Both the position numbers and the translations under genes were made by a program. This document shows, piece after piece, positions 1-7,071 of a stretch of 11,192 nucleotides of DNA (within the stretch, counting starts at the first letter, position 1; each line of letters opens with the position of its first letter). The DNA lies in the NCBI GenBank assembly GCA_964508365.1, contig CAZDTP010000091.1, positions 1 through 11,192 of the forward strand, in the 5' to 3' direction. The DNA is from an uncultured archaeon (GTDB lineage Archaea; Asgardarchaeota; Lokiarchaeia; Sigyniarchaeales; SOKP01). Under the pieces are notes generated by a model, which saw nothing but the letters and a program-made list of their open reading frames with translations, was not told the DNA's origin and did not search any database.

Positions 1-142
1 GGTAAAGGATTATAACAGTCTAAAAGTATAGTAGGAAATTACTATGGTCAAAACTTATTGACTCAATACGAGAAAGCTCATAAACTCAAATCAATTAGAC
101 TTAAGAAATTAAATAGAGTAAATAATTTGTTAGTGAAACTTA

Positions 143-173
143 TGCAAAAAATTATACTATATTTGTTTAAATA
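143..173 (+). promoter_or_regulatory. Conserved upstream motif copy 1 plus TATA-like box
   Basis: TGCAAAAAATTATACTATA at 143-161 (16/19 to consensus); TTTAAATA at 166-173 (+23); 85 nt before the start at 228. Confidence 0.7.
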
Positions 174-227
174 TAAAAATTTTCGATACTTTTCTTAAGA
201 AAATTTCGTTAAAGAAGCGAGATAGAA

Positions 228-506
228 TTGTTGTTTGAAGAAAAGAAGAAACCAGAAAAGAAGAAAAAGAAATTTGGAAAGACCAAATTGATTGCTTTCC
301 TTATTTTGCTGCCTATAGTATCGTTATTAGTCACTTTGCTGATCTTAGCAATCCCTTACGGTATTGCTACTAGGTTGGGGGTGGGGATGGAAGATTACTG
401 GACATATATTTTCCAAAATGGGTATTTCTGGCCTACCTTTGGTGTGGTTTTACTCGTCTCTCCTATAATCACAGCTATCTTGTGGATGGTCGTAGCGAAT
501 TATTGA
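228..506 (+). CDS. Small two-TM membrane protein; stand-alone copy of the C-terminal module of the LRR protein at 8324-10468
   Basis: 92 aa, TTG start, Lys-rich N-terminus then two hydrophobic helices. TKLIAF...SPIITA is identical to the end of the 714-aa protein. It has its own copy of the upstream motif. Confidence 0.7.
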   Translation: MLFEEKKKPEKKKKKFGKTKLIAFLILLPIVSLLVTLLILAIPYGIATRLGVGMEDYWTYIFQNGYFWPTFGVVLLVSPIITAILWMVVANY

Positions 507-605
507 TTTTAAAACGAAAAATGTCCTAATACCAAAAAAAATCAGAGAAACTAAGTTAATTATGATTGAAATCAAAATTATTGAGTAAAAATTCGTCAAA
601 CTTAC
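285..605 (+). repeat. Left copy of long direct repeat (partner 10247-10567)
   Basis: 285-466 matches 10247-10428 at 181/182 nt (one synonymous C/T at 309/10271). 467-605 stays collinear without gaps at about 72% (39 mismatches in 139 nt, hand count). Confidence 0.97.
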
Positions 606-890
606 GAAAAAGAATGCAATTGCTCCCAAAATGGTGAATGTAATGTCGCTTCCTGAATTTACTACACTATCTTTTTTTTTATTAAATTTTACATAAGCTC
701 TCAAGAAATTGCTATTTTCGATTATTTCCCATAAAACACTTATGAACAAAATTAATAATAAGCTTATAAATAATGGGATAAAGAGGATGAAGAAAATCAT
801 GTGTAATACATAACCTTTGAGAAAATGTCCCAAGCTAAAAGGGTCAACTGCCGCAATGCCGTAGTCTTCCTTGGTCCGTGCGATAATCAT
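450..890 (-). CDS. DUF2585-like integral membrane protein
   Basis: 146 aa, about 4 TM segments, with D-x-x-S-x-x-H (DPFSLGH), WE-x-x-EN (WEIIEN) and DS-x-x-NS-x-x-D (DSVVNSGSD) motifs as in DUF2585 (recognised by motif, not searched). 3' end overlaps the 228-506 gene by 57 nt. Confidence 0.8.
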   Translation of the reverse strand: MIIARTKEDYGIAAVDPFSLGHFLKGYVLHMIFFILFIPLFISLLLILFISVLWEIIENSNFLRAYVKFNKKKDSVVNSGSDITFTILGAIAFFFVSLTNFYSIILISIIINLVSLIFFGIRTFFVLKSIIRYDHPQDSCDYRRDE

Positions 891-930
891 GCTATATCCT
901 TTAAATTTTAATCCATTTTATACCGTATTG

Positions 931-961
931 TGCAAAAAATTCTACCTTATTTTTTTAAATA
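931..961 (+). promoter_or_regulatory. Conserved upstream motif copy 2 plus TATA-like box
   Basis: TGCAAAAAATTCTACCTTA at 931-949; TTTAAATA at 954-961 (+23); 77 nt before the ATG at 1008. Confidence 0.8.
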
Positions 962-1007
962 CATAACTTACTATGATTTATATAAAGAACCTTAAGTTGT
1001 TTAAAAA

Positions 1008-2411
1008 ATGTATCGAAAACACAAAATAATAAAAATTGCCTTCATTGGATTGCTTTTAGCAGTAGTATTTGGTCTAGCGAATAATCAATTAATTAGATGC
1101 GAAGGTGAAAAGCAACCATCCGAAAATTTTGAACTACAAACAGCAAATTCAGGAAATTCAGTTCAATATGAATGGAATCGTACATGGGGAGGTGTTGATG
1201 TTGATGATGGTTGGGTTGTGGCGGTTGATTCATCAAAAAATATATATCTTGCGGGAGAGACAATGAGTTATGGGGTCGGAGAACAAGATATGGTACTAGT
1301 GAAATATGACGGAAACGGCGTGCAGCAATGGAATCGTACGTGGGGTGGAGTAAATTTTGATCGGTGCTTAGGAGTCGCGATAGATTCGTCTGATAATTTG
1401 TATCTTGCAGGATTTACGTATAGTTTCGGGGCGGGAGATTCAGATATGGTACTTGTGAAATATGACGGAAATGGCATGCAGCAATGGAATCGTACATGGG
1501 GTGGAGTTGGTTCCGAAGTTTGTGTTGGGGTAGCAGTGGATTCCTCAAATAACACATATCTTTCAGGATATACCAATAGTTCTGGGGCAGGATTTGACGA
1601 TATGCTTCTAGTGAAATATGATCTAAACGGTGTGCAGCAATGGAATTGCACATGGGGTGGAAATAATGATGACTTGGCTTATGAAATAGCATTAGATTCT
1701 TCAGATAATATTTTTGTCGTAGGGAAGACAGAAAGTTTTGGAGCAGGAGGCGAGAATATATTTTTAGTTAATTATGATGGAAACGGCGTGCAGCAATGGA
1801 ATCGTACATGGGGCGGAGATGATGATGATGCTGCCTATGGAATAGCTTTAGATTCTGCAGATAATATTTATATATCGGGAAAAACAGAATCTTTTGGTGC
1901 GGGACTTCGGGATTTTGTTCTTGTCAAGTATGATAGTTCTGGTATTCAACAATGGAACCGCACCTGGGGTGGAGGCTTACCGGATTATAGCAATGGAGTA
2001 GTAACAGATTTGTCTGGTAATGTATATCTTGTAGGAGACACATTTAGTTATGCCCTAAATCCAGGAAGTAGCGATATTGCTTTAGTGAAATATGATGGAA
2101 ACGGTGTAATGCAGTGGTATCGCACGTGGGGCGGAGATTCCTGGGATTTGGGTAAAGCAGTGGCGATAGATTCATCTGGCAATGTATATATTGGAGGATT
2201 TACTTATAGTTTCGGAGTTGGAGCTTGCGACATGGTTTTAATAAAATATAAAGCAGAATCTACTTCTACAGGCATTTCAAGTTATAATCTAGTCATAATT
2301 TTAGGAGTTTTAAGTATCAGCAGTTTTTTCTTGGTTAAAAAAATAATGTCCAAAAAAACTAAATTATCGAGATTAACAGCCCAGATTATAAACTTTTATT
2401 CGTCTCGGTGA
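1008..2411 (+). CDS. Surface protein with seven SBBP-type beta-propeller repeats and a Loki-CTERM-like C-terminal anchor
   Basis: 467 aa. N-terminal basic plus hydrophobic signal; seven repeats of W-N-R-T-W-G-G...D-S-S-x-N-x-Y-x-x-G-x-T-x-S...D-x-x-L-V-K-Y-D; C-terminal ISSYNL, TM helix and KKIMSKK (from 2271). Confidence 0.95.
   Translation: MYRKHKIIKIAFIGLLLAVVFGLANNQLIRCEGEKQPSENFELQTANSGNSVQYEWNRTWGGVDVDDGWVVAVDSSKNIYLAGETMSYGVGEQDMVLVKYDGNGVQQWNRTWGGVNFDRCLGVAIDSSDNLYLAGFTYSFGAGDSDMVLVKYDGNGMQQWNRTWGGVGSEVCVGVAVDSSNNTYLSGYTNSSGAGFDDMLLVKYDLNGVQQWNCTWGGNNDDLAYEIALDSSDNIFVVGKTESFGAGGENIFLVNYDGNGVQQWNRTWGGDDDDAAYGIALDSADNIYISGKTESFGAGLRDFVLVKYDSSGIQQWNRTWGGGLPDYSNGVVTDLSGNVYLVGDTFSYALNPGSSDIALVKYDGNGVMQWYRTWGGDSWDLGKAVAIDSSGNVYIGGFTYSFGVGACDMVLIKYKAESTSTGISSYNLVIILGVLSISSFFLVKKIMSKKTKLSRLTAQIINFYSSR
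1173..2249 (+). repeat. Seven intragenic tandem units, 156-bp period (propeller blades)
   Basis: The TGG of the W-N-R-T-W-G-G motif starts at 1173, 1329, 1485, 1641, 1797, 1953 and 2115 (five 156-nt steps, then 162 nt). Confidence 0.95.
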
Positions 2412-2482
2412 TAATAGGAATAATTGCGCTGATCGGAATCGTCACGATTATAGTTTGGAATAAAAGATCTCGATCAAATTAG
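2363..2482 (+). pseudogene. Startless out-of-frame relic of a C-terminal membrane anchor
   Basis: The -1 frame relative to the SBBP gene reads IIEINSPDYKLLFVSVIIGIIALIGIVTIIVWNKRSRSN* between TAA (2360-2362) and TAG (2480-2482): about 21 hydrophobic residues, then a basic tail. Confidence 0.7.
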
Positions 2483-2489
2483 TTAATCC

Positions 2490-2497
2490 TTTTTTTT
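2490..2497 (+). terminator. Oligo-T putative archaeal terminator
   Basis: T8 tract 8 nt after the relic anchor stop codon. Confidence 0.5.
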
Positions 2498-2599
2498 AAA
2501 TTTTAGTTAATTCTAAGAATAAATAATCAAAATCTAAATTCTCTGAAAATCCGTAGTAATTAATTATATGAATGGGCTTTATAGCAATTTTCTTTTTAA

Positions 2600-2632
2600 T
2601 GCAAAAAATTCTACCTTAACTTTTTTTATATT
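2600..2632 (+). promoter_or_regulatory. Conserved upstream motif copy 3 plus TATA-like box
   Basis: TGCAAAAAATTCTACCTTA at 2600-2618 (identical to copy 2); TTTTTATATT at 2623-2632; 141 nt before the ATG at 2741. Confidence 0.75.
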
Positions 2633-2740
2633 ATAGGTGGATTAATTCAAGTAAAGAATTAGATTTTTTTAATTCTCTAAATATAAATTAAAAACTCTGA
2701 AAAAAGTGAAATCTAAGCATATTAAAATGAAGTCTTATAT

Positions 2741-3250
2741 ATGGCTCAAATCGAGAAGAAAGCTAGGCCACAATATCTCGGGAAAGTAATGAAGGGAGTT
2801 GGCGTTTTAACTCTGTTAAGTATAGTTCTTCCATCAGCTGTTCAAACGGGATCTGGAGTATGGAATTTATTGTGGTATATTGGTATTTTTTGGGGAGGAA
2901 CTGTTTATGGTGAACAATTTATAGGTTTTATTAATGATGCTTGGTACATGCCAATTGGAGTAATTACAATGGTTTTATTAATTATCGCATTAATATTTAT
3001 CGCTATATCAGCTAGAAATATAAACAAGGAGAGAAATTACAAATTAGCCACAGGAATGAGTTTATTTGGCAGTATTTTAGCCATTATTAGTCCAATTGTA
3101 TATTATTTCTATTTGAATGCAGAAATGTTTTGGGATCTATATCTTCCTGTAAGTATATTTCTTTCAATCATAGCAGGAATCTTAGGAATCATATGTGCTA
3201 TCATGGTTGGGTTTACTTCTAAATTAAGATCAAAATCAGGTGAAAAGTAG
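2741..3250 (+). CDS. Four-TM membrane protein of unknown function
   Basis: 169 aa, four hydrophobic segments, basic N- and C-termini, longer aromatic/Gly-rich loop after TM1 (WNLLWYIGIFWGG). Confidence 0.85.
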   Translation: MAQIEKKARPQYLGKVMKGVGVLTLLSIVLPSAVQTGSGVWNLLWYIGIFWGGTVYGEQFIGFINDAWYMPIGVITMVLLIIALIFIAISARNINKERNYKLATGMSLFGSILAIISPIVYYFYLNAEMFWDLYLPVSIFLSIIAGILGIICAIMVGFTSKLRSKSGEK

Positions 3251-3268
3251 AATAAAGAGGAAATTATA

Positions 3269-3305
3269 ATTGGGATTTTTCCCAATACCTTTTTTTAATT
3301 TTTTT
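3269..3305 (+). terminator. Hairpin plus T-tracts downstream of the 4-TM gene
   Basis: ATTGGGA-TTTT-TCCCAAT (7-bp stem, 3269-3286) followed by T7 at 3290-3296 and T7 at 3299-3305. Confidence 0.65.
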
Positions 3306-3412
3306 ATGACCATAGAATTTGAAAATAAATATTTAAAAATTAAAAGTTAATTTTATGGCTTAAAAAATCCTAGTAAAATGGTGATTAGTACCATTATTAA
3401 TCATGTAGATAA

Positions 3413-3443
3413 TGCAAAAAAACCTACCTTATTTGATTATATA
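3413..3443 (+). promoter_or_regulatory. Conserved upstream motif copy 4 plus TATA-like box
   Basis: TGCAAAAAAACCTACCTTA at 3413-3431 (17/19); ATTATATA at 3436-3443 (+23); 83 nt before the ATG at 3496. Confidence 0.8.
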
Positions 3444-3495
3444 GCTAATATGATTAAAGTTGATTAATAATAATTAAGACATACTAGGATAAATA

Positions 3496-5730
3496 ATGAA
3501 AATGAAAAGAGATAAAAAGAAAAATTTAATCACATTCGCAATGATGATATCTTTATTAATTACGATTATGTCACCAGCTTTCTTTACAAATGAAGAAAGA
3601 GAGCAGGATTTATTCAAATTCGGGGGTGACGGAGGGATGAAGCCAAAAACATCTTATTATGAGTGGTACCAGACTACTATGAATGTTCACTCCTATGTTA
3701 CTGGATTTCATGTTGCAGACGCTAATAATGATGGTTACAATGATCTTGTACTTGCTAACGGAAATAATAAAACAGCTTCTATTTTAATATGGAATGAATC
3801 AATGCTTTCTTGGAATGAAGAAATAATAAAAGAGTTTGGAGAAACGGTTGATGCTATTATTATTGAAGATGCAGATAATGATGGTTATAATGATTTAATT
3901 GCAAGGAACTCTGATAATTTAACAATATTATTGTGGAATGATATTTCAAAAGACTGGATAGACAAGATCCAATTTCAAATAGAAATCTATATTGTATATA
4001 ATTATATAGATAATTTCGCTGTAGAGGACGCAAATAATGACGGTTATAATGATATAGTTGTGAATGACGAGTATGAAAGCGAAATATTCTTTTGGAATAA
4101 TACAATTGATGATTGGAATGATCCCATTTTCGATGATGGTCTTGGAATAAGTTTAAATATAAAGGATGCAAATAATGATGGTTTTAATGATTTAATCGCC
4201 TATCACCCATGGAACGGTAATCCTGGTAGGAATAGGGTTATTATAAGATTGTGGAATTCTTCAATAGGGTATTGGGATCCTGAATTTAATATCACGGTAG
4301 CAGAGGATGATATTTCAAGTCTTTTTGTTGAGGATGTTAATAACGATGGCTATAATGATATTATAACTACTAACTACGAGCACTCTTTTCCATCCGAAAA
4401 CAAAATTTCCATTCGACTTTGGAATGAACATACTCAATATTGGGATCCTCTATTTACGAAACCAATTGAAGAAGCTAGTTCGATCAGTTCTGGAGATGTT
4501 AATAATGATGGCTATAGTGATATTATATTATATGGTGAAGCTTATATAAATTACCACTGGGAGGATGTAATTTTCATTTTAATATGGGATGACGAAATTA
4601 AAAACTGGAAAACTCCTGTTAATAAGATCATAGACAACCCAGAAGTTCGTCCTGGTCCAATAGTTACGGATGTGGATAATGATGGAGATTATGATATTGC
4701 TTTTTTAAGCTCTGGTAATGACGAGATCACTTTCATTTTATGGGAATTTTTCGATGTGTATAGTCCCATTGTTAATATACATGATCCACTCGATGGAGAT
4801 GTCTTTTATTACGGTCCACCGAGTTTTTTTGTAGAAGTATCAGATAGTAACTCCTCTATTGATTCAATGTGGTATAGTCTTAATGGAGGAATTACAAATT
4901 ATACATTTTATGATAATGGGACTATAAGCCTAGAAGCATGGGAGGCTGTATTGGATGGGACTGTTAAAATTACATTTTATGCAAACGATACAGAAGGAAA
5001 CATAGGGTTTAATGAAGTTACTGTATATAAAGACATGCATCTTCCCAGTCTACAATTTAATTCTCCATATTGGAATATTACCTACTCAAATTTCTTGCCT
5101 ATAGATTTTTCCTTTAATGATGACACTTTAGATGAAATCAGAATTATTATGGATAATTCACCAGAGGTTAATTATTCCGTATATCCTTATTTAGATTATG
5201 CTAATATTCTCGGAAGATGGCAAAATTTAGATGACGGACAAATTAGTATCGAATTTCACGCAAAAGATATACTGGGAAAAGATAACATATATGTTTTTGT
5301 TGTCAATAAAGACACTACTGCTCCTGTTATTACAATCAATTCTCCAAAACAATATGATAAATTTTGGGAGGATTCTCCTCATTTTGATATATCTATTGAA
5401 GAGCCTAATTTGGATAGTGTGTGGTATGAAATAGAAATATTTTATTATAAATCTGCTAATTTTAGTATAACAGAATTAACTGGAAGTGTTGATAAAGGTT
5501 TCTGGGATTCTTTAGGCGATAATTACCTTGGTTCATCATGCAGAATAACTTTTTATGCTAACGATACCCTTGGACATCTGAGTTCTAAATCTGTAGTGAT
5601 TAATCGAGAGGTTCCAGGACCATCTCTTTCTGAACTAATTATCTTGAGCTCTATTATTGGTGGAGTAGTGGTAATAAGTATCGTAATTTACTTTTCGATA
5701 AAACAAAGGCTTAAGAAAAGAAAAACATAA
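3496..5730 (+). CDS. Surface protein: seven FG-GAP/VCBS-like repeats, three Ig-like domains, C-terminal TM anchor
   Basis: 744 aa. Signal segment; seven D-x-[ND]-N-D-G-x-x-D motifs; three repeats of about 95 aa of the type P-x-I-x-I-x-x-P...W...DG...ITFYAND-x-x-G; TM helix and KQRLKKRKT. Confidence 0.95.
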   Translation: MKMKRDKKKNLITFAMMISLLITIMSPAFFTNEEREQDLFKFGGDGGMKPKTSYYEWYQTTMNVHSYVTGFHVADANNDGYNDLVLANGNNKTASILIWNESMLSWNEEIIKEFGETVDAIIIEDADNDGYNDLIARNSDNLTILLWNDISKDWIDKIQFQIEIYIVYNYIDNFAVEDANNDGYNDIVVNDEYESEIFFWNNTIDDWNDPIFDDGLGISLNIKDANNDGFNDLIAYHPWNGNPGRNRVIIRLWNSSIGYWDPEFNITVAEDDISSLFVEDVNNDGYNDIITTNYEHSFPSENKISIRLWNEHTQYWDPLFTKPIEEASSISSGDVNNDGYSDIILYGEAYINYHWEDVIFILIWDDEIKNWKTPVNKIIDNPEVRPGPIVTDVDNDGDYDIAFLSSGNDEITFILWEFFDVYSPIVNIHDPLDGDVFYYGPPSFFVEVSDSNSSIDSMWYSLNGGITNYTFYDNGTISLEAWEAVLDGTVKITFYANDTEGNIGFNEVTVYKDMHLPSLQFNSPYWNITYSNFLPIDFSFNDDTLDEIRIIMDNSPEVNYSVYPYLDYANILGRWQNLDDGQISIEFHAKDILGKDNIYVFVVNKDTTAPVITINSPKQYDKFWEDSPHFDISIEEPNLDSVWYEIEIFYYKSANFSITELTGSVDKGFWDSLGDNYLGSSCRITFYANDTLGHLSSKSVVINREVPGPSLSELIILSSIIGGVVVISIVIYFSIKQRLKKRKT
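3718..4700 (+). repeat. Seven FG-GAP-like Ca2+-binding repeat units
   Basis: Motif starts at 3718, 3868, 4027, 4165, 4333, 4495 and 4669 (DANNDGYND, DADNDGYND, DANNDGYND, DANNDGFND, DVNNDGYND, DVNNDGYSD, DVDNDGDYD); similarity is also visible at DNA level. Confidence 0.92.
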
Positions 5731-5739
5731 CTCAACAAC

Positions 5740-5756
5740 TTTTATTTTTTTATTTT
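5740..5756 (+). terminator. T-rich terminator between convergent genes
   Basis: TTTTATTTTTTTATTTT in the 33-nt gap between the stops at 5730 and 5764. Confidence 0.55.
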
Positions 5757-5763
5757 GGAATAC

Positions 5764-7068
5764 CTATAAATCTAATTTTTTAGTTTCAGAATCAGATTCA
5801 TTTTCAAGAGCTTCGTCCTTCTCTTTCAATTCTTTATAAAGCTTTTGGAAGTCTTCTGTAGTTAAGAACGGAGATTTAGCAAGCTCGAGTTTGATCTGTT
5901 CATATTCTGTTTCATCTGGGATAATGTTTTTTAATTCGTTTTCTAACTGTTTAGGTATATTAACCTGACTTTTTAAAAGCAAAGGTTGCCTGTAGCTTGT
6001 AAACATCCGAGATGGAAAATTAGAAAAGTACTTTTGAACAAGCGTATAAGCGTTCTTATATTTACTCGTATCCTTTTCGTTAGAAATTAGTTGTTTTTGG
6101 AACATTGATTCAAACTCTAACGCAAACCCACTCAATGCGTCTCTAACTAATTTTGAAGATTTTGACGAAATAAGCCCAATTGTAATGTATTTTGATTCGT
6201 GCATTAAAAGTACGCCCTCCTGAAGATGGATATCCAATAGCCCTCCTTTATGTAAAACTTCTTCACTCATGATCTGAATAGCATTTATGAATCCCGCGAA
6301 CATGACTTCACTCACGTCAGATTCGGACCAATGGTGATCGAAGAGCAAAAAACCCTCTTGATCCTTTACAGATATTCGATATAAAGTGAAAGGGAGGACA
6401 TAAATCAGTTGTGGTTGATACACTAACATGGAAGCAACAATCAGCGCTCCTACTCCAATGGAGAGGTTAGAAAAATGGATGAGAAATGGAAAAAATACAT
6501 TCATTAAATAGAAGATGGTAGATCCAATTGATGCAGTGCAAGTACCAATAAAAAAGATAGCTGATTCTCGCTTAATTAAGAAAGGAGAGTTCTTCCAGGT
6601 AATATAGCCCCAGTATAGGAGATATATCGGTAATATTGTCGATATGATTAACGCTATAATTTCAAAAGGACCTCTCCACGCAATAGTTAGAACCCCTTCT
6701 TCGATCACAATGACAATCGATTCAGGTTGGAAAACTAGATAGCAATATAAAACGACGATTCCAAACACTAATATCAACCCTCTTGAATAAATGATTTCTT
6801 TCTTAACATAATTAATGCAAAAAATAAGAAATAGGGTGGGAAAAATCAGTGTGAGTGCGTGAATGATGTTGATCGTCTTGTTTAAAAACAGATTAGATAA
6901 CCCCTCTATATAAAAAAATAAGGCTAAAAAGTTCCATGTTAACCGAAGGAAGAATATGGCTCGTATATTTCTCAGTTCCTTAGACCGAAATGTGTATATA
7001 GCCGTGAATAGAAGAATACTCCCCGTGATAAAAGTTGAGATTACATAAATAGTCCAGTTCAACACCAT
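5764..7068 (-). CDS. Seven-TM protein with cytoplasmic longin-like domain
   Basis: 434 aa. Seven hydrophobic helices in residues 1-220, then a beta-beta-alpha-beta-beta-beta-alpha pattern typical of longin-like folds (RISVKDQEGFLLF...FAGFINAIQIMSEEVL...LISSKSSKLVRDALSGFALEFESMF), then a charged helical tail. No H-box or ATPase motifs. Fold call is by pattern only. Confidence 0.85.
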   Translation of the reverse strand: MVLNWTIYVISTFITGSILLFTAIYTFRSKELRNIRAIFFLRLTWNFLALFFYIEGLSNLFLNKTINIIHALTLIFPTLFLIFCINYVKKEIIYSRGLILVFGIVVLYCYLVFQPESIVIVIEEGVLTIAWRGPFEIIALIISTILPIYLLYWGYITWKNSPFLIKRESAIFFIGTCTASIGSTIFYLMNVFFPFLIHFSNLSIGVGALIVASMLVYQPQLIYVLPFTLYRISVKDQEGFLLFDHHWSESDVSEVMFAGFINAIQIMSEEVLHKGGLLDIHLQEGVLLMHESKYITIGLISSKSSKLVRDALSGFALEFESMFQKQLISNEKDTSKYKNAYTLVQKYFSNFPSRMFTSYRQPLLLKSQVNIPKQLENELKNIIPDETEYEQIKLELAKSPFLTTEDFQKLYKELKEKDEALENESDSETKKLDL

Positions 7069-7071
7069 TTT

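Noticed and set aside
16-198. 60-codon stop-free frame at the window start
   Set aside because: No upstream start codon, no recognisable motif, and it runs through promoter motif copy 1.
1268-1692. Minus-strand ORFs 1268-1651 and 1414-1692
   Set aside because: Antisense shadows of the repetitive SBBP gene; they mirror its period and have no independent protein features.
1173-2249. CRISPR-like periodic repeats
   Set aside because: The 156-nt period is in frame within a CDS and whole units are homologous; there are no unique spacers or cas genes.
2351-2362. Programmed -1 frameshift at the A7 run to reach the hidden anchor
   Set aside because: A -1 shift there hits TAA at 2360-2362 immediately, and no slippery heptamer lies between 2363 and the SBBP stop.
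2609-2643. Hairpin between the motif (TCTACCT) and downstream AGGTGGA; similar AGGTAGA at 8308-8314
   Set aside because: Short, AT-rich context, inconsistent spacing, and absent from the other four copies.
3860-4171. Minus-strand 103-aa ORF
   Set aside because: Antisense shadow of the FG-GAP repeats (GAT/AAT-rich codons give a His/Tyr/Leu-rich reverse frame).
5231-5434. Plus-strand 67-aa ORF
   Set aside because: Fully nested out of frame in the well-supported 744-aa gene.
6816-6834. TGCAAAAAAT as a further motif copy
   Set aside because: Inside the 7TM coding region; lacks the TACCTT half and the spaced TATA box.
5764-7068. Histidine kinase or rhodopsin call for the 7TM protein
   Set aside because: No H-box or N/G1/G2 boxes, and no lysine in helix 7 for retinal binding.
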